From contig JBFWVI010000007.1 of NCBI GenBank assembly GCA_050246815.1, forward strand, positions 7,996-71,995: 64,000 nt of DNA, written 5' to 3'. How positions within the stretch are numbered: the first letter of the stretch is position 1; every line of letters begins with the position of its first letter. Below are positions 1 to 8,904 of this stretch, in pieces. The notes beneath the pieces were generated by a model. That model saw only the letters and a list, made by a program, of their open reading frames with translations, was not told the origin of the DNA and did not search any database. This stretch comes from Bdellovibrionales bacterium. GTDB lineage: Bacteria; Bdellovibrionota; Bdellovibrionia; Bdellovibrionales; UBA1609. The position numbers and the translations under genes are program-made.

Positions 1-2
1 CC

Positions 3-365
3 GTGGGCGAAGAAGGTTCGGTCACGATCCCTGTTGCTATGATCGAAAAAACCGTGGGCGAACAAATCAAAGCCAATTTGGCAAGTGGCCGCAGCGCCAC
101 GGCTTCGGTTGTCACTGAGGCTTCGGACTATGACTCTTACGATGGTACTTCGATGGCAACTCCGCATGTGGCCGGTGTAATCGCTTTGATCCGCTCGGCC
201 AATCCTCGCCTAACCCCGGCTCAAGTTCGTGATGTTCTGTCGCGCACAGCGAATCAATTGGGTGCAGTTGATGAGTATGGTGCGGGCGTAGTCAACGCAG
301 AAGCAGCTGTAGGCCAAGCCCGCCGCGCGGTGAAGGCCGACTTGGCAACCGACGCCAGCTTGTAA
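3..365 (+). CDS. Subtilisin-like (S8) serine protease, C-terminal fragment (5' end lies outside the window)
   Basis: The ORF is open from the window edge. It contains the S8 catalytic-serine motif [17 protein letters not shown] hairpin terminator follows. Confidence 0.85.
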   Translation: MGEEGSVTIPVAMIEKTVGEQIKANLASGRSATASVVTEASDYDSYDGTSMATPHVAGVIALIRSANPRLTPAQVRDVLSRTANQLGAVDEYGAGVVNAEAAVGQARRAVKADLATDASL

Positions 366-392
366 ACTAAGCGGACAATAAAATCTTGAATT

Positions 393-1034
393 TCAAAGAG
401 GCTGGGTAACCGGCCTCTTTTGTTTTAAGAGCCAGGACCAAGTCAGCGGGTACACGGCCTGTTGCCCCTGCCAAAGGCGAATCAGATTTCGTAAGGTTAA
501 AATCAGGCTGACCAGCCAAAGGCAAAGACCAACGCTTCCGGCAATCAAAATTCGCAACACCCAGTTCGCTGAGTGGGGCAAGGTCAGCAAATCGATCTGC
601 TCTTGTCGCAGGTCTTTTTGCAGTCGATCCAAATGTTCCCAAGATTTTGGGTGGCGCTTGTTGTTTTGTAGGGGCTCGGTCGGCGTGCTTGGCTCTTGGG
701 GTTCGCCAGGAATATTGATGTCACCCTCGGGTTCAGGATCTGAGGGGGGGAACCATTCTTGTGGGATCTGATTTTCGGCGGCATTCTTAACTTGGCCAGC
801 GCTGAAAATGACCGAAGCCATGGCCAAAGCCATCAACCCTCCACGCATCAGCAACCAAGAGGTTTGAAAAGCCCAATTTTGCCTCAATTTTTGTTGGATT
901 TCAGGCGAGCGGCGCTGCCCCCATTTCATTCCCAACCAAGCGCCTAAAACTTCACCAGCGGGTAAAAAACAAAAAAGCAATACCAAAACATGCTGAATCG
1001 CTAGACTTGAGTTTTCTTTTTTCTCGCTACGCAT
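393..1034 (-). CDS. Hypothetical membrane protein
   Basis: 213-aa ORF with an ATG start. It has hydrophobic segments at both ends and a Pro/Glu-rich central linker. No recognisable family motif. Confidence 0.5.
   Translation of the reverse strand: MRSEKKENSSLAIQHVLVLLFCFLPAGEVLGAWLGMKWGQRRSPEIQQKLRQNWAFQTSWLLMRGGLMALAMASVIFSAGQVKNAAENQIPQEWFPPSDPEPEGDINIPGEPQEPSTPTEPLQNNKRHPKSWEHLDRLQKDLRQEQIDLLTLPHSANWVLRILIAGSVGLCLWLVSLILTLRNLIRLWQGQQAVYPLTWSWLLKQKRPVTQPL
395..426 (+). terminator. Rho-independent terminator after the protease gene
   Basis: Perfect 8-bp stem AAAGAGGC (395-402) / GCCTCTTT (413-420), followed by TGTTTT. Confidence 0.7.
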
Positions 1035-1065
1035 AGGCTCTAGGGTTTAGATTAAGAGGCTCGTT

Positions 1066-1842
1066 ATGTCGATCTCTTTACGGGTTCTTACCTTCAATAT
1101 TCGTAAGGGCTTAGGTGCCAGCGGGCTTCAATCGCAGCTGGTCGATTTGCGCGATGTGATTCGCCAAATCGACGCCGACGTTGTTTTTCTGCAAGAGGTG
1201 ATGGGTGAAAGTCGAAAAGCGGCCCACCGCAAGGCAGGTTTGGCCGGTGATCAGCTGGAGTATCTGGCGGATTCGGTGTGGACTCACTTCGCCTACGGAA
1301 AAAACGCGGTCCATAGCGATGGTCATCACGGCAATGCGATTTTGAGTAAATATCCAATCGCCCGTTGGGAAAACATAGATATTTCGACCAATCCCTTTGA
1401 GCAACGTGGTCTGCTGCATGCACTGATTGAGGTTCCTGGGCATCGTTTGCATGTCGATTTAATTTGTTTACACTTGAATTTGTTGGGGCCAGGTCGTACC
1501 CGTCAGCTGAAAAGCCTGATTCAGCGGGTGCGAGCCCACATCGTCGATATCGGCCCCTTGTTGATCGCGGGTGACTTTAATGACTGGAGTGGCGCCGTTT
1601 CCAAGCGTCTGCAAAAAGAGTTGGTGGTGCACGAGGCGGCGCTGAGCTTACACGGCCAGCACCATCGCACATTTCCGGCCTGGTTGCCGCTTTTGCCTTT
1701 GGACCGGATTTATTTTCGGGGTCTGGAACTGCTGAAGGTTGAAGTGCTGGAGCACAAGCTCAGACACCTTTTGTCGGATCATCAGGCGATCGTGGCGGAA
1801 TTTAAGCTTGCTCGGAATGACAGGCCAGGCACCGGCGGCTGA
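1066..1842 (+). CDS. Endonuclease/exonuclease/phosphatase (EEP) family protein
   Basis: EEP motifs are present: LTFNIRKG, FLQEV, GNAILSKYPI, GDFNDW and SDHQAI. An AAGAGG RBS lies 7 nt upstream of the ATG. Confidence 0.85.
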   Translation: MSISLRVLTFNIRKGLGASGLQSQLVDLRDVIRQIDADVVFLQEVMGESRKAAHRKAGLAGDQLEYLADSVWTHFAYGKNAVHSDGHHGNAILSKYPIARWENIDISTNPFEQRGLLHALIEVPGHRLHVDLICLHLNLLGPGRTRQLKSLIQRVRAHIVDIGPLLIAGDFNDWSGAVSKRLQKELVVHEAALSLHGQHHRTFPAWLPLLPLDRIYFRGLELLKVEVLEHKLRHLLSDHQAIVAEFKLARNDRPGTGG

Positions 1843-2239
1843 GGCGCCAATTCTGATAATGGGTGAACATCAGGGCGATGCTGCCCAAAACCGTCAAAAG
1901 GGTGTTGGTTGAATTGAGTGGTGAATGTTCGTTGGCACTGGTTTTCAAAAGACCGACAGTGATAAGCGCTAAACCCAGCATGCCGACTAGCAAAACCCAA
2001 ACTTGTTTGTGCTGGCGGTAGCCGCGCCAAAAGGCAATCATACCTAAAGGCACAATCAAAATCGCCATCACCAGATGAAAGTATCCATGGTGGTCCAGGG
2101 CTTCCACAGCGGGAAGCAGACTGATCAGAAAGGGCAGGGCTAGGCAGTGCAGGGTGCACAGGCCCGAAAGTCCAAGACCCAACCAATCCAGACTTGGGGA
2201 TGGGTTATGATTGTGCTCTTTATGCGTCGCGCCAGACAT
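1802..2239 (-). CDS. MerC-domain-like small membrane protein
   Basis: The internal start MSGATHKEH was chosen because the long ORF to 2389 would overlap the divergent regulator gene. There are four hydrophobic helices, with CTLHC in helix 1 and a C-terminal CLACH. Confidence 0.55.
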   Translation of the reverse strand: MSGATHKEHNHNPSPSLDWLGLGLSGLCTLHCLALPFLISLLPAVEALDHHGYFHLVMAILIVPLGMIAFWRGYRQHKQVWVLLVGMLGLALITVGLLKTSANEHSPLNSTNTLLTVLGSIALMFTHYQNWRLSRRCLACHSEQA

Positions 2240-2368
2240 GGCGATCAGATTTAGCGTAAGGGTACTGCAGATGCAACGGACAATTCGGGGTGGCGCAATT
2301 TGTCCAACTTTTGAACAGTTAAGCGCATTCCAGAACTGGCCGAAAAGAATTGGGGAGACCAGGGACGA

Positions 2369-3094
2369 ATGGCAGCCAAGACACCACAAATTTTAGTCGT
2401 AGAAGACGAGCGTTCGCACCAGCTGATCATCCAAAAAAGCCTCGCCGGCTTTTATGAGTTCGAACTGGCTGAAAATGTTCAGCAAGCTCAAGCCAAGACA
2501 AATCAAAAAACCTATGACCTGATCCTGCTCGACATTGTATTGCCTGATGGAACGGGTTTTGAAGTTCTCAATCATCTGCGTAAGGGCGATCGCCATCATT
2601 TGACGCCTGTGATCTTTTTAACCGTTCGTGAAGATTTAAAAAGCAAATTGACTGGGTTTTCGCTGGGCGCGGATGACTATATGGTTAAACCGCCCGAACC
2701 GTTGGAGCTGCGCGCCCGGATTGACGCCAAACTGCGCGTGATCAACGAGTTGAAAGACGTTTCCAAGCAGCCCTCAGTGCAAATCGCGGATATGACTTTA
2801 GACACCGAACGTCTGGCAGTTCTGGTTCAAGACGACGGTAAAAGCACAATGCTGGACTTAACTCCGCTGGAGTTTCGCCTTCTGCTGTTCTTTGCGAAGC
2901 ACCCAAATGAGGCGATGTCCCGCCAGACAATCCTTTTGGGCGTTTGGGGAAGTAACACCCATGTGCTTGATCGAAGCGTGGACAGCTATGTGGCAACACT
3001 TCGGCGTAAGCTGGGAACCCGCGGAAACTTGATCAAATCAGTGCATAAGGTGGGGTATCGTTTGAACCCCAACTACACCAAAAAAACGGCCTAA
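2369..3094 (+). CDS. OmpR-family response regulator (REC plus winged helix), no adjacent kinase
   Basis: Motifs ILVVEDE, LILLDIVLPDGTGFEV, GADDYMVKP, LTPLEFRLLLFF and VGYRL. Confidence 0.9.
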   Translation: MAAKTPQILVVEDERSHQLIIQKSLAGFYEFELAENVQQAQAKTNQKTYDLILLDIVLPDGTGFEVLNHLRKGDRHHLTPVIFLTVREDLKSKLTGFSLGADDYMVKPPEPLELRARIDAKLRVINELKDVSKQPSVQIADMTLDTERLAVLVQDDGKSTMLDLTPLEFRLLLFFAKHPNEAMSRQTILLGVWGSNTHVLDRSVDSYVATLRRKLGTRGNLIKSVHKVGYRLNPNYTKKTA

Positions 3095-3122
3095 CCATTA
3101 AAAGAATATAAAATTTACAGTG

Positions 3123-3148
3123 CTACACGCCTTGATATGGCCGTGTAG
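3123..3148. terminator. Hairpin between convergent regulator and rpmG genes (possible bidirectional terminator)
   Basis: CTACACG (3123-3129) pairs with CGTGTAG (3142-3148). The flanks are AT-rich but lack a clean T-run. Confidence 0.35.
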
Positions 3149-3180
3149 GGATTAATCCCAGAACTGTTTCGAGACGAAAC

Positions 3181-3363
3181 CTATTTGATCTCTTTGTGAA
3201 CAGTGTGGCGGCGAAGATTTGGGTTGTACTTCTTCTTTTCCAGGCGCTCGGGATGAGTTTGGGTATTTTTCATCGTGGTGTAGCGCGAGACCGGCTTGCC
3301 TTCTTTACGTGCCTCAGTGCACTCCAAAGTGATGACGCGAACTTTACCTTTTTTCTTGGCCAT
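3181..3363 (-). CDS. rpmG: 50S ribosomal protein L33
   Basis: 60-aa basic protein [60 protein letters not shown], which fits the L33 pattern. Confidence 0.9.
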   Translation of the reverse strand: MAKKKGKVRVITLECTEARKEGKPVSRYTTMKNTQTHPERLEKKKYNPNLRRHTVHKEIK

Positions 3364-3435
3364 GACGGTCCTCCAAGGGTCCGTCTTATAGCGTAGTGTC
3401 CTGGGGGACGCAAGCTTAAGACGTTGTTTTTAAGC

Positions 3436-3470
3436 AAAAAAAAGCCCTCCACGAGTGGGGAGGGCTTTTC
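3436..3470 (-). terminator. Rho-independent terminator of the 3494-4375 gene
   Basis: GCCCTCC (3444-3450) pairs with GGAGGGC (3459-3465). On the minus strand the stem is followed by a T8 run. Confidence 0.78.
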
Positions 3471-3493
3471 GAATTCAGGTCGAATAGAGCGGA

Positions 3494-4375
3494 TTAACCG
3501 CCGTGGTACATGTCGTCTGCCGGAGCGCGCGGAACGAAGGTTCCGTTGCGGATGGCTTTTGCGTCTTCGTCAAAGCCTTGGTTGCAACCTTGAACAGGCG
3601 CAGCTTTACCCGAGAACACGCCAACAATACCAGCAACCAAACGAACGCCCAAGATCAGGGTGCCGTCGATCACTGTGCACATGCCGCGACCCAAGCCGAT
3701 CAAAGCCGAGCGGCCAGCGCCTTTAAGGTCGCCGCGCAAAGCCGAAGCTGGGATGTTGAAGACTTCAGTGACGGTCATCGCGATGCCGTCAGCAGCTTCA
3801 CGCACGCCACCCGAAAGAGTGGTCACAGTCACGCCGACGATCTGTCCGCCTTTGTCGAACACGATCGAGAACGCGCGAGCAACTTGCGGCGCCAAGGGAA
3901 CGTTGTTCTTTTCCAACCAAGCCGACAGATCAGCCGAAGCTTCAGCTGCGATTTGGAAAGGAGCAGTTGCAACGCCACCGACTGCGTCCATCACGTTGGC
4001 TACAGAGTAACCGGTGACGTTGACGACAGTGACAGTCAATTTGCCGGGGAATTCAACAACGCAAGCGCTGTTGTTGCCCAAGCCGTGCGAATCTTTCAAG
4101 CAAGCGCCGGTGGACTCGACGTTTTTGATCGCCGATTCAACGCCAGCTTTACCCAAAATTTCGATGGCTTCACCGGTGTAATACACAGTGCGGCCCAGGG
4201 GCAAAGTCACAAGACCAGCAACCGGACGCATCGGGTTGGCGACTTGTTTGTATGACTTCTCGATATTTTTACCGGCATCTTTCATGTCGTCAGTAGCTTT
4301 GTAGCCCTCACGCTCACCGCCGAATGCATTTGCCGACAAAGCAGCAACTGCTAAAACTGCAAGAAACTTTTTCAT
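3494..4375 (-). CDS. Secreted hypothetical protein (Gly/Ala/Val-rich)
   Basis: The internal ATG at 4375 is preceded by an AAGGAGAGG RBS. The signal peptide is MKKFLAVLAVAALSANA. The gene has its own terminator and a sigma54-type promoter upstream. Confidence 0.7.
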   Translation of the reverse strand: MKKFLAVLAVAALSANAFGGEREGYKATDDMKDAGKNIEKSYKQVANPMRPVAGLVTLPLGRTVYYTGEAIEILGKAGVESAIKNVESTGACLKDSHGLGNNSACVVEFPGKLTVTVVNVTGYSVANVMDAVGGVATAPFQIAAEASADLSAWLEKNNVPLAPQVARAFSIVFDKGGQIVGVTVTTLSGGVREAADGIAMTVTEVFNIPASALRGDLKGAGRSALIGLGRGMCTVIDGTLILGVRLVAGIVGVFSGKAAPVQGCNQGFDEDAKAIRNGTFVPRAPADDMYHGG

Positions 4376-4436
4376 GGTTATCCTCTCCTTGTTTTGTTTT
4401 TGGGAAACCCTTAATTCTTGTTTGGCAACTCCTATG

Positions 4437-4452
4437 AGCAACGGCTGTGCCA
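4437..4452 (-). promoter_or_regulatory. Sigma54 (RpoN) -24/-12 promoter for the 3494-4375 gene
   Basis: The minus strand reads TGGCACAGCCGTTGCT, an exact TGGCAC-N5-TTGC (GG-N10-GC). It is intergenic, correctly oriented, and about 60 nt upstream of the ATG at 4375. Confidence 0.6.
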
Positions 4453-4515
4453 GAACGAACAGTGGTTGTGTTCGAGGACAAGTTTCGAATTGAAGAAAAA
4501 TTGCTCGTGAGTTTG

Positions 4516-4604
4516 AAAAAAAGTTTGATGCGCAGCGCACTTTTTGCGTCAGAAAAAATCACAACAAAAAAATATTGAAGAAAAAAATCCAAAACAAAAA
4601 AAAC
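4516..4604. other. Block of five A6-A8 tracts (T-tracts on the minus strand)
   Basis: A-runs at 4516-4522, 4553-4558, 4566-4572, 4581-4587 and 4596-4603, within a 326-bp ORF-free gap. Confidence 0.7.
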
Positions 4605-4701
4605 ACTTGCTAGCCAAGTTTAAAAATAAGTTGTTCTTAGAAAATAAAATCACTTAACGCGCTGGCGATACGATCAAAGTTAGCCTGCGTTAAAAATTTT
4701 T

Positions 4702-5118
4702 TCACTCATCGTTGGAATCGCGATTTGCCAACCAGCTTGGCAGCGGTATGCGAACGCGAGGGAAAATTTGCATTCGTGCGAGCCATGAGTGACGGTGAGT
4801 CAATCGAGACAACCAGTAAGAGCGGCGCTGTGTTTTGCGCCACGTGTTCTCAAGCCATTGTTGTGCAAGGATCTGCAGCAGCTCTGCACTTGTCGTGGCA
4901 TCTAAGTCCTCCGGCGTTAACAACAGTTGATCAGGTTGAAATTCGAAATTAAGCGCCACATCACGGGTGGGTGAGGCGGCTGATTGAATCAAGATGGGTT
5001 TGGTTTGCCATGGCCGCTTGTTGGGACGCGCCGCTGTGTTCACCACTTTAGGCGCGGCTTTTTTCTTGCCGAATTTTTTACTTTTGGGACGGTTGATTTG
5101 ATCTAGACTAAGTGCCAT
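4702..5118 (-). CDS. Small protein with a Lys/Arg-rich N-terminus, downstream partner of the ParA-like ATPase
   Basis: An AAGGAG RBS precedes the ATG. The gene overlaps the parA-like stop by 16 nt. The N-terminus is RPKSKKFGKKKAAPK. No known family was recognised. Confidence 0.6.
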   Translation of the reverse strand: MALSLDQINRPKSKKFGKKKAAPKVVNTAARPNKRPWQTKPILIQSAASPTRDVALNFEFQPDQLLLTPEDLDATTSAELLQILAQQWLENTWRKTQRRSYWLSRLTHRHSWLARMQIFPRVRIPLPSWLANRDSNDE

Positions 5119-6161
5119 GGGGTCTCCTTGTCCACGTTATGGGAGTGCTTAACTTCACGGCGTCCGCTGGCCATCAACTGCCAAACTTCGACCAACAATT
5201 GTTTGACCTCTTCGGCGCTGGTGGAGTCCGCCGCGAATTCGGGAATCGATTGATTCATGGCCGTGGCCTCTTCGCCTTGAACACTTTCGCGGATCGCGGA
5301 TTCCATGCAGCCCGGCAATTTGGCGCGGTACCATTCGCCGATCTCACGCGACAGTTTGCGATTGGGATTCAGCCGCGTTGGCACGAAACCATGTTGTAAA
5401 GTCAGGCTTAGATCTTGGCGGCATTGGTGCACCAAGCCCTGAAACATTTTAAGGTTGCGGTAGTTGTTGATACGGCATTCAACCGGCGACAACAAAAAAT
5501 CCGTGGCCACCAACGCATTGGTGATCAGCTGATTCCAGTTGGGTGAGCAGTCCAAAATGATCAGATCATAGCGTTGTAAGAGAGGGCGGGTGACTTTTTC
5601 TTTGAGCCAGTATTCGCGGCGCGGGCGCAGCAGCAATTCTTGATCCAGGGCAATCAGCTCAGGCGTTTCAGGAATCAAATCCAAGGTGGGCAAATCGGTT
5701 TTTTGAATCAAATCGTCAAGTCCGGAGTGCTCACCAAAATAATCGTAAAGCCCGCGGGTGCGGTCCAAGGCGGCCATGGCTTGTTGTAAGTCGTCCTCTT
5801 GCCGAATGGCCTGATGTCCTAGGGCTGTGGTCACGTCCCCCTGCAGGTCAAGGCCGATCACCAGAGTTTTAATTCCGTGCAAGGCAAACTGGCGCGCCAA
5901 GTTCAGCGATAAGGTGGTTTTTAACACTCCGCCCTTGGTGACAAATAGGGTTAGAACCATGGGTTTGTGAGGGCGGCGCAAGGGGCTCAATTGTTGGCCC
6001 ACGGTAACGATGTCTTTTTCACGCCAGCCCAAACCACCACGACCGCGCACAAGCGGCGGCAATTGCCCAGTTTGAGCCATGTTGATCAGCTCTTCAGAGG
6101 TGCGGCCGGTCATGCCTGGCAAAGAAAACAAATGGGCGACTTTTTGCGTTGAATAAAACAT
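5103..6161 (-). CDS. ParA/MinD-family ATPase with an N-terminal MerR/excisionase-like HTH extension
   Basis: It has the deviant Walker A motif KGGVLKTT, then LVIGLDLQGD and IILDCSPN. About 75 aa at the N-terminus form an HTH-like region (STQKVAHLFSLPG...REKDI). Confidence 0.85.
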   Translation of the reverse strand: MFYSTQKVAHLFSLPGMTGRTSEELINMAQTGQLPPLVRGRGGLGWREKDIVTVGQQLSPLRRPHKPMVLTLFVTKGGVLKTTLSLNLARQFALHGIKTLVIGLDLQGDVTTALGHQAIRQEDDLQQAMAALDRTRGLYDYFGEHSGLDDLIQKTDLPTLDLIPETPELIALDQELLLRPRREYWLKEKVTRPLLQRYDLIILDCSPNWNQLITNALVATDFLLSPVECRINNYRNLKMFQGLVHQCRQDLSLTLQHGFVPTRLNPNRKLSREIGEWYRAKLPGCMESAIRESVQGEEATAMNQSIPEFAADSTSAEEVKQLLVEVWQLMASGRREVKHSHNVDKETPWHLV

Positions 6162-6225
6162 GCTTGACCCCTTGGATGGATTAGTTGATCAAGCCCCATC
6201 GGCTTCGGTCAAGTGAGGTGGCAAA

Positions 6226-6606
6226 ATGACGGACAACACCACAGATTTAGGACGGCTAAAAGCCAAGGTAAAAGAGTTTTGTGTTGAACGGGATTGGGAT
6301 CAGTTTCATGGAGCCAAAGATTTGGCCATTGGCGCCGTTACCGAGGCCTCGGAATTGCTGGAAATTTTTCGTTTTATGGACACCCAGCACGAAGCTGCGG
6401 CTGTAAAGGATCCCGAGCAGCGTCGCGCCATTGGCCATGAGCTAGCCGATGTGCTCTTTTTTTTGCTGCGTTTTGCCGAGCGTTACAATTTTGATTTAAG
6501 CCAGGAATTTGAGCAAAAAATGGAACTGAACGCGAAAAAATATCCCGCACATGAATTCCGCGGCAAAAACCACAAAGCGGGCCGCACACCAGCTCAAAAT
6601 TCGTAG
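6226..6606 (+). CDS. MazG-like nucleotide pyrophosphohydrolase (dCTPase-like)
   Basis: Motifs FCVERDWDQFH, EASELLEIF and HELADVLFFLLRFAERYNFDL (EExxE/D pattern). Confidence 0.8.
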   Translation: MTDNTTDLGRLKAKVKEFCVERDWDQFHGAKDLAIGAVTEASELLEIFRFMDTQHEAAAVKDPEQRRAIGHELADVLFFLLRFAERYNFDLSQEFEQKMELNAKKYPAHEFRGKNHKAGRTPAQNS

Positions 6607-6714
6607 GGCCAGTTTATTATCTCGTCGAGTCTTATTCGCACGAAGGAAGCAAAGCCTACTCAGCTCGAAAGTAAGCCCTCAACTTCCCCGGCGGTGGTGA
6701 AACCAAGTCGATAT

Positions 6715-7566
6715 TCAACTCAGTCCCATCGGACTGCCGTTAGTGTGGTTCAAAAAAGAGAACTCATTTCGGCGCTGCCGCAATAAAGTAAACACTTCAA
6801 GTGGTGACGTCGATGCGGGCAGGCCTAAATCAGCGGCCATTGTCGGTTGATCACAGCGCAGGAACGGGTTGGTTTTAAGTTCTTCGGCCAGCAGGCCAGG
6901 TAAAGTTGTTGTTTGGCGCAAAGCCAGCTGGGCCGATTGGCTTTCAACACGCTGGGCCCTTTTTGCTAAGTCTTGATTTTGCGGCTCGACCTGCAAAGCG
7001 AACAGCGAATTACGGACGGCGTATTCATGTCCCCAAAAAAACTGTGTATTTGATGGCAGGCTGGCCAGGCGTTGCAAAGAGTCCCACATCTGCATGGCGG
7101 TTCCTTCAAGTAGACGACCACAACCCATTGCAAATAAAGTGTCGCCGCAAAAGATCCATCCAGGTTCGGGCAGATAAAGCGCCATATGTCCGAACGTGTG
7201 ACCAGGAATGGCGATGGTTTGTGCCTTCAATCCCGCGACTTGTAGCGTAGCTTGCCCCCGAAGGCCGATGTCGGCGCCGGCAATTCGCGACAAATCGTAA
7301 TCGCTGCAAAAAACTTGGGCCTGAAACTTTTGCTTTAAGGCAGGGACACCGTCGACATGATCATGGTGATGGTGAGTGCAAAGAATATGGGTGATCGATA
7401 TCTGATTTTGTTGGCACCAATCTAATACAGCTGGTGATTCGCCCGGATCAATAACCCAGAGTTCAGAAGGAGTGCGCAGCAAGTAGGTGTAGTTGTCTTT
7501 AAGCGTGGGCAAGACGAACAAGTCCGTGTTTTGGAAACGACACAACGGCTGTGCACTGAGCGACAT
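6715..7566 (-). CDS. gloB: Hydroxyacylglutathione hydrolase (glyoxalase II, MBL fold)
   Basis: Motifs THHHHDHVDG, GHTFGHMALY, GDTLFAMGCGRLLEGT, GHEY and NPFLR. The gene starts 3 nt after the pdxJ stop. Confidence 0.85.
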   Translation of the reverse strand: MSLSAQPLCRFQNTDLFVLPTLKDNYTYLLRTPSELWVIDPGESPAVLDWCQQNQISITHILCTHHHHDHVDGVPALKQKFQAQVFCSDYDLSRIAGADIGLRGQATLQVAGLKAQTIAIPGHTFGHMALYLPEPGWIFCGDTLFAMGCGRLLEGTAMQMWDSLQRLASLPSNTQFFWGHEYAVRNSLFALQVEPQNQDLAKRAQRVESQSAQLALRQTTTLPGLLAEELKTNPFLRCDQPTMAADLGLPASTSPLEVFTLLRQRRNEFSFLNHTNGSPMGLS

Positions 7567-7569
7567 GAG

Positions 7570-8328
7570 CTACTTCCAACCTAGAATTTTTAAGTAGTTG
7601 GCCACGGTGGTTGGCAACCCCAGATAAAGAGCCTCGCAAATCAAGGCATGGCCAATCGAGACCTCTTCAATTTCAGGGATCGCGTGGATCAACGCGGCCA
7701 GATTTTTTTGGTTCAGATCGTGCCCAGCATTGAGTCCCAGCCCCAATTGGCGGATAATTTGGGCGCACTCTTGATACTGATTTAACACTTTGTCTTGCTG
7801 AGCAGTCTGATAGGTGTCGGCAAAGGCTTCGGTGTAGAGCTCAGCGCGATCAACGCTGATTTCTTTCAAAGCCGCATAGTCAGCGGCTTGCATTGCGACG
7901 GGGTCGATAAACACCGAGGTGCGTACTTTTTTAGCGTGCAGCTCCGCGCACACGGACTTGAGCAACTTTTGCGAATCCGCCACGGCCCAGCCAGCATTCG
8001 ACGTCAGGGCCTCCGGCGGATCGGGAACCAAGGTGGCTTGGTCGGGTTGAACATCTTTGACCAGGTTAAGAAAACTTTGATTGGGGTATCCTTCGATATT
8101 GAACTCAACTTTGGTTGTGCTCTTAAGGTTGAATTCACGAACGACTCCGCTTAAGGCGTAAACGTCGTCGAAGCGGATGTGACGCCCGTCCGGGCGGGGG
8201 TGCACGGTTAGGCCATGCGCGCCCCAAGCCAAAATATCGCGCCCCGCTTGTACCAAATCCGGGGTGTTTTTTCCGCGGGCGTTGCGGATCGTGGCCAATT
8301 TGTTGACGTTGACGCTGAGTTTGGTCAT
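7570..8328 (-). CDS. pdxJ: Pyridoxine 5'-phosphate synthase
   Basis: Motifs LSVNVNKLATIRNARG, GLTVHPRPDGRHI, NIEGYP, TLVPD, LNAGHDLN and EVSIGHALI. Confidence 0.92.
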   Translation of the reverse strand: MTKLSVNVNKLATIRNARGKNTPDLVQAGRDILAWGAHGLTVHPRPDGRHIRFDDVYALSGVVREFNLKSTTKVEFNIEGYPNQSFLNLVKDVQPDQATLVPDPPEALTSNAGWAVADSQKLLKSVCAELHAKKVRTSVFIDPVAMQAADYAALKEISVDRAELYTEAFADTYQTAQQDKVLNQYQECAQIIRQLGLGLNAGHDLNQKNLAALIHAIPEIEEVSIGHALICEALYLGLPTTVANYLKILGWK

Positions 8329-8394
8329 GTGGGCATGACCCTAGCATAATCAGGGATCTTTCGGCTAGAATTCCTATTGGAAGGACCCTCAACC

Positions 8395-8904
8395 ATGATC
8401 AAACAACTGATTTTGCTTCGCCACGCCCATCGCGACACCACCGAGAGAAGTTTGGACAACGGCTTAAGTCCAAAGGGTCAAAGGCAAGCCAAGTGGATTA
8501 AACGTTTCGCGAGCCAGCGTTTTGATAGCCAAGAGTGGCAAGAGCTGCGCGGTGTGGTGGTCAGCAGCCCGAAGCGCCGTTGCATCGAAACCGTTGAGCC
8601 TTTGGCCGATCTTTTTCAAGGCAAAGTTGAAATTCGTCAAGAGCTGGATGAGCAGAGGTCCGGCGAATCGTTTGCAGCCTTTGATGAGCGGATTCACCGT
8701 TTTATGAGTTGGTGGGTGCGTGAAGCCCCGCCGTTGGTGGTGGCCTGCTCGCATGGCGACTGGTTGCCGCTGGCGATTTTTCATGTCAGTGGCTCGGCCC
8801 TTGAAATGAAAAAGGGTTCGTGGGTGGAGCTTGAATGGGAGAGCAACCGAGCGCAACTCAGGTGGTATTTACCAAGCTTTAAGTCATTTTACGGCGGGGC
8901 TTAA
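8395..8904 (+). CDS. Histidine phosphatase family protein (SixA-like)
   Basis: It has the RHA catalytic motif LILLRHAHRD and is small, about 169 aa. I prefer the ATG at 8395 with a GGAAGGA RBS over the TTG at 8377. Confidence 0.72.
   Translation: MIKQLILLRHAHRDTTERSLDNGLSPKGQRQAKWIKRFASQRFDSQEWQELRGVVVSSPKRRCIETVEPLADLFQGKVEIRQELDEQRSGESFAAFDERIHRFMSWWVREAPPLVVACSHGDWLPLAIFHVSGSALEMKKGSWVELEWESNRAQLRWYLPSFKSFYGGA

Noticed and set aside
3503-4255. 250-aa plus-strand ORF.
   Set aside because: It is antisense to the 3494-4375 gene, which has an RBS, a signal peptide, a promoter and a terminator. Its composition is shadow-like.
4529-4551. TGCGCAGCGCACTTTTTGCGTCA, considered as an enhancer-type inverted repeat for the sigma54 promoter.
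   Set aside because: The two arms match at only 4-5 positions, which is too weak to call without comparative data.
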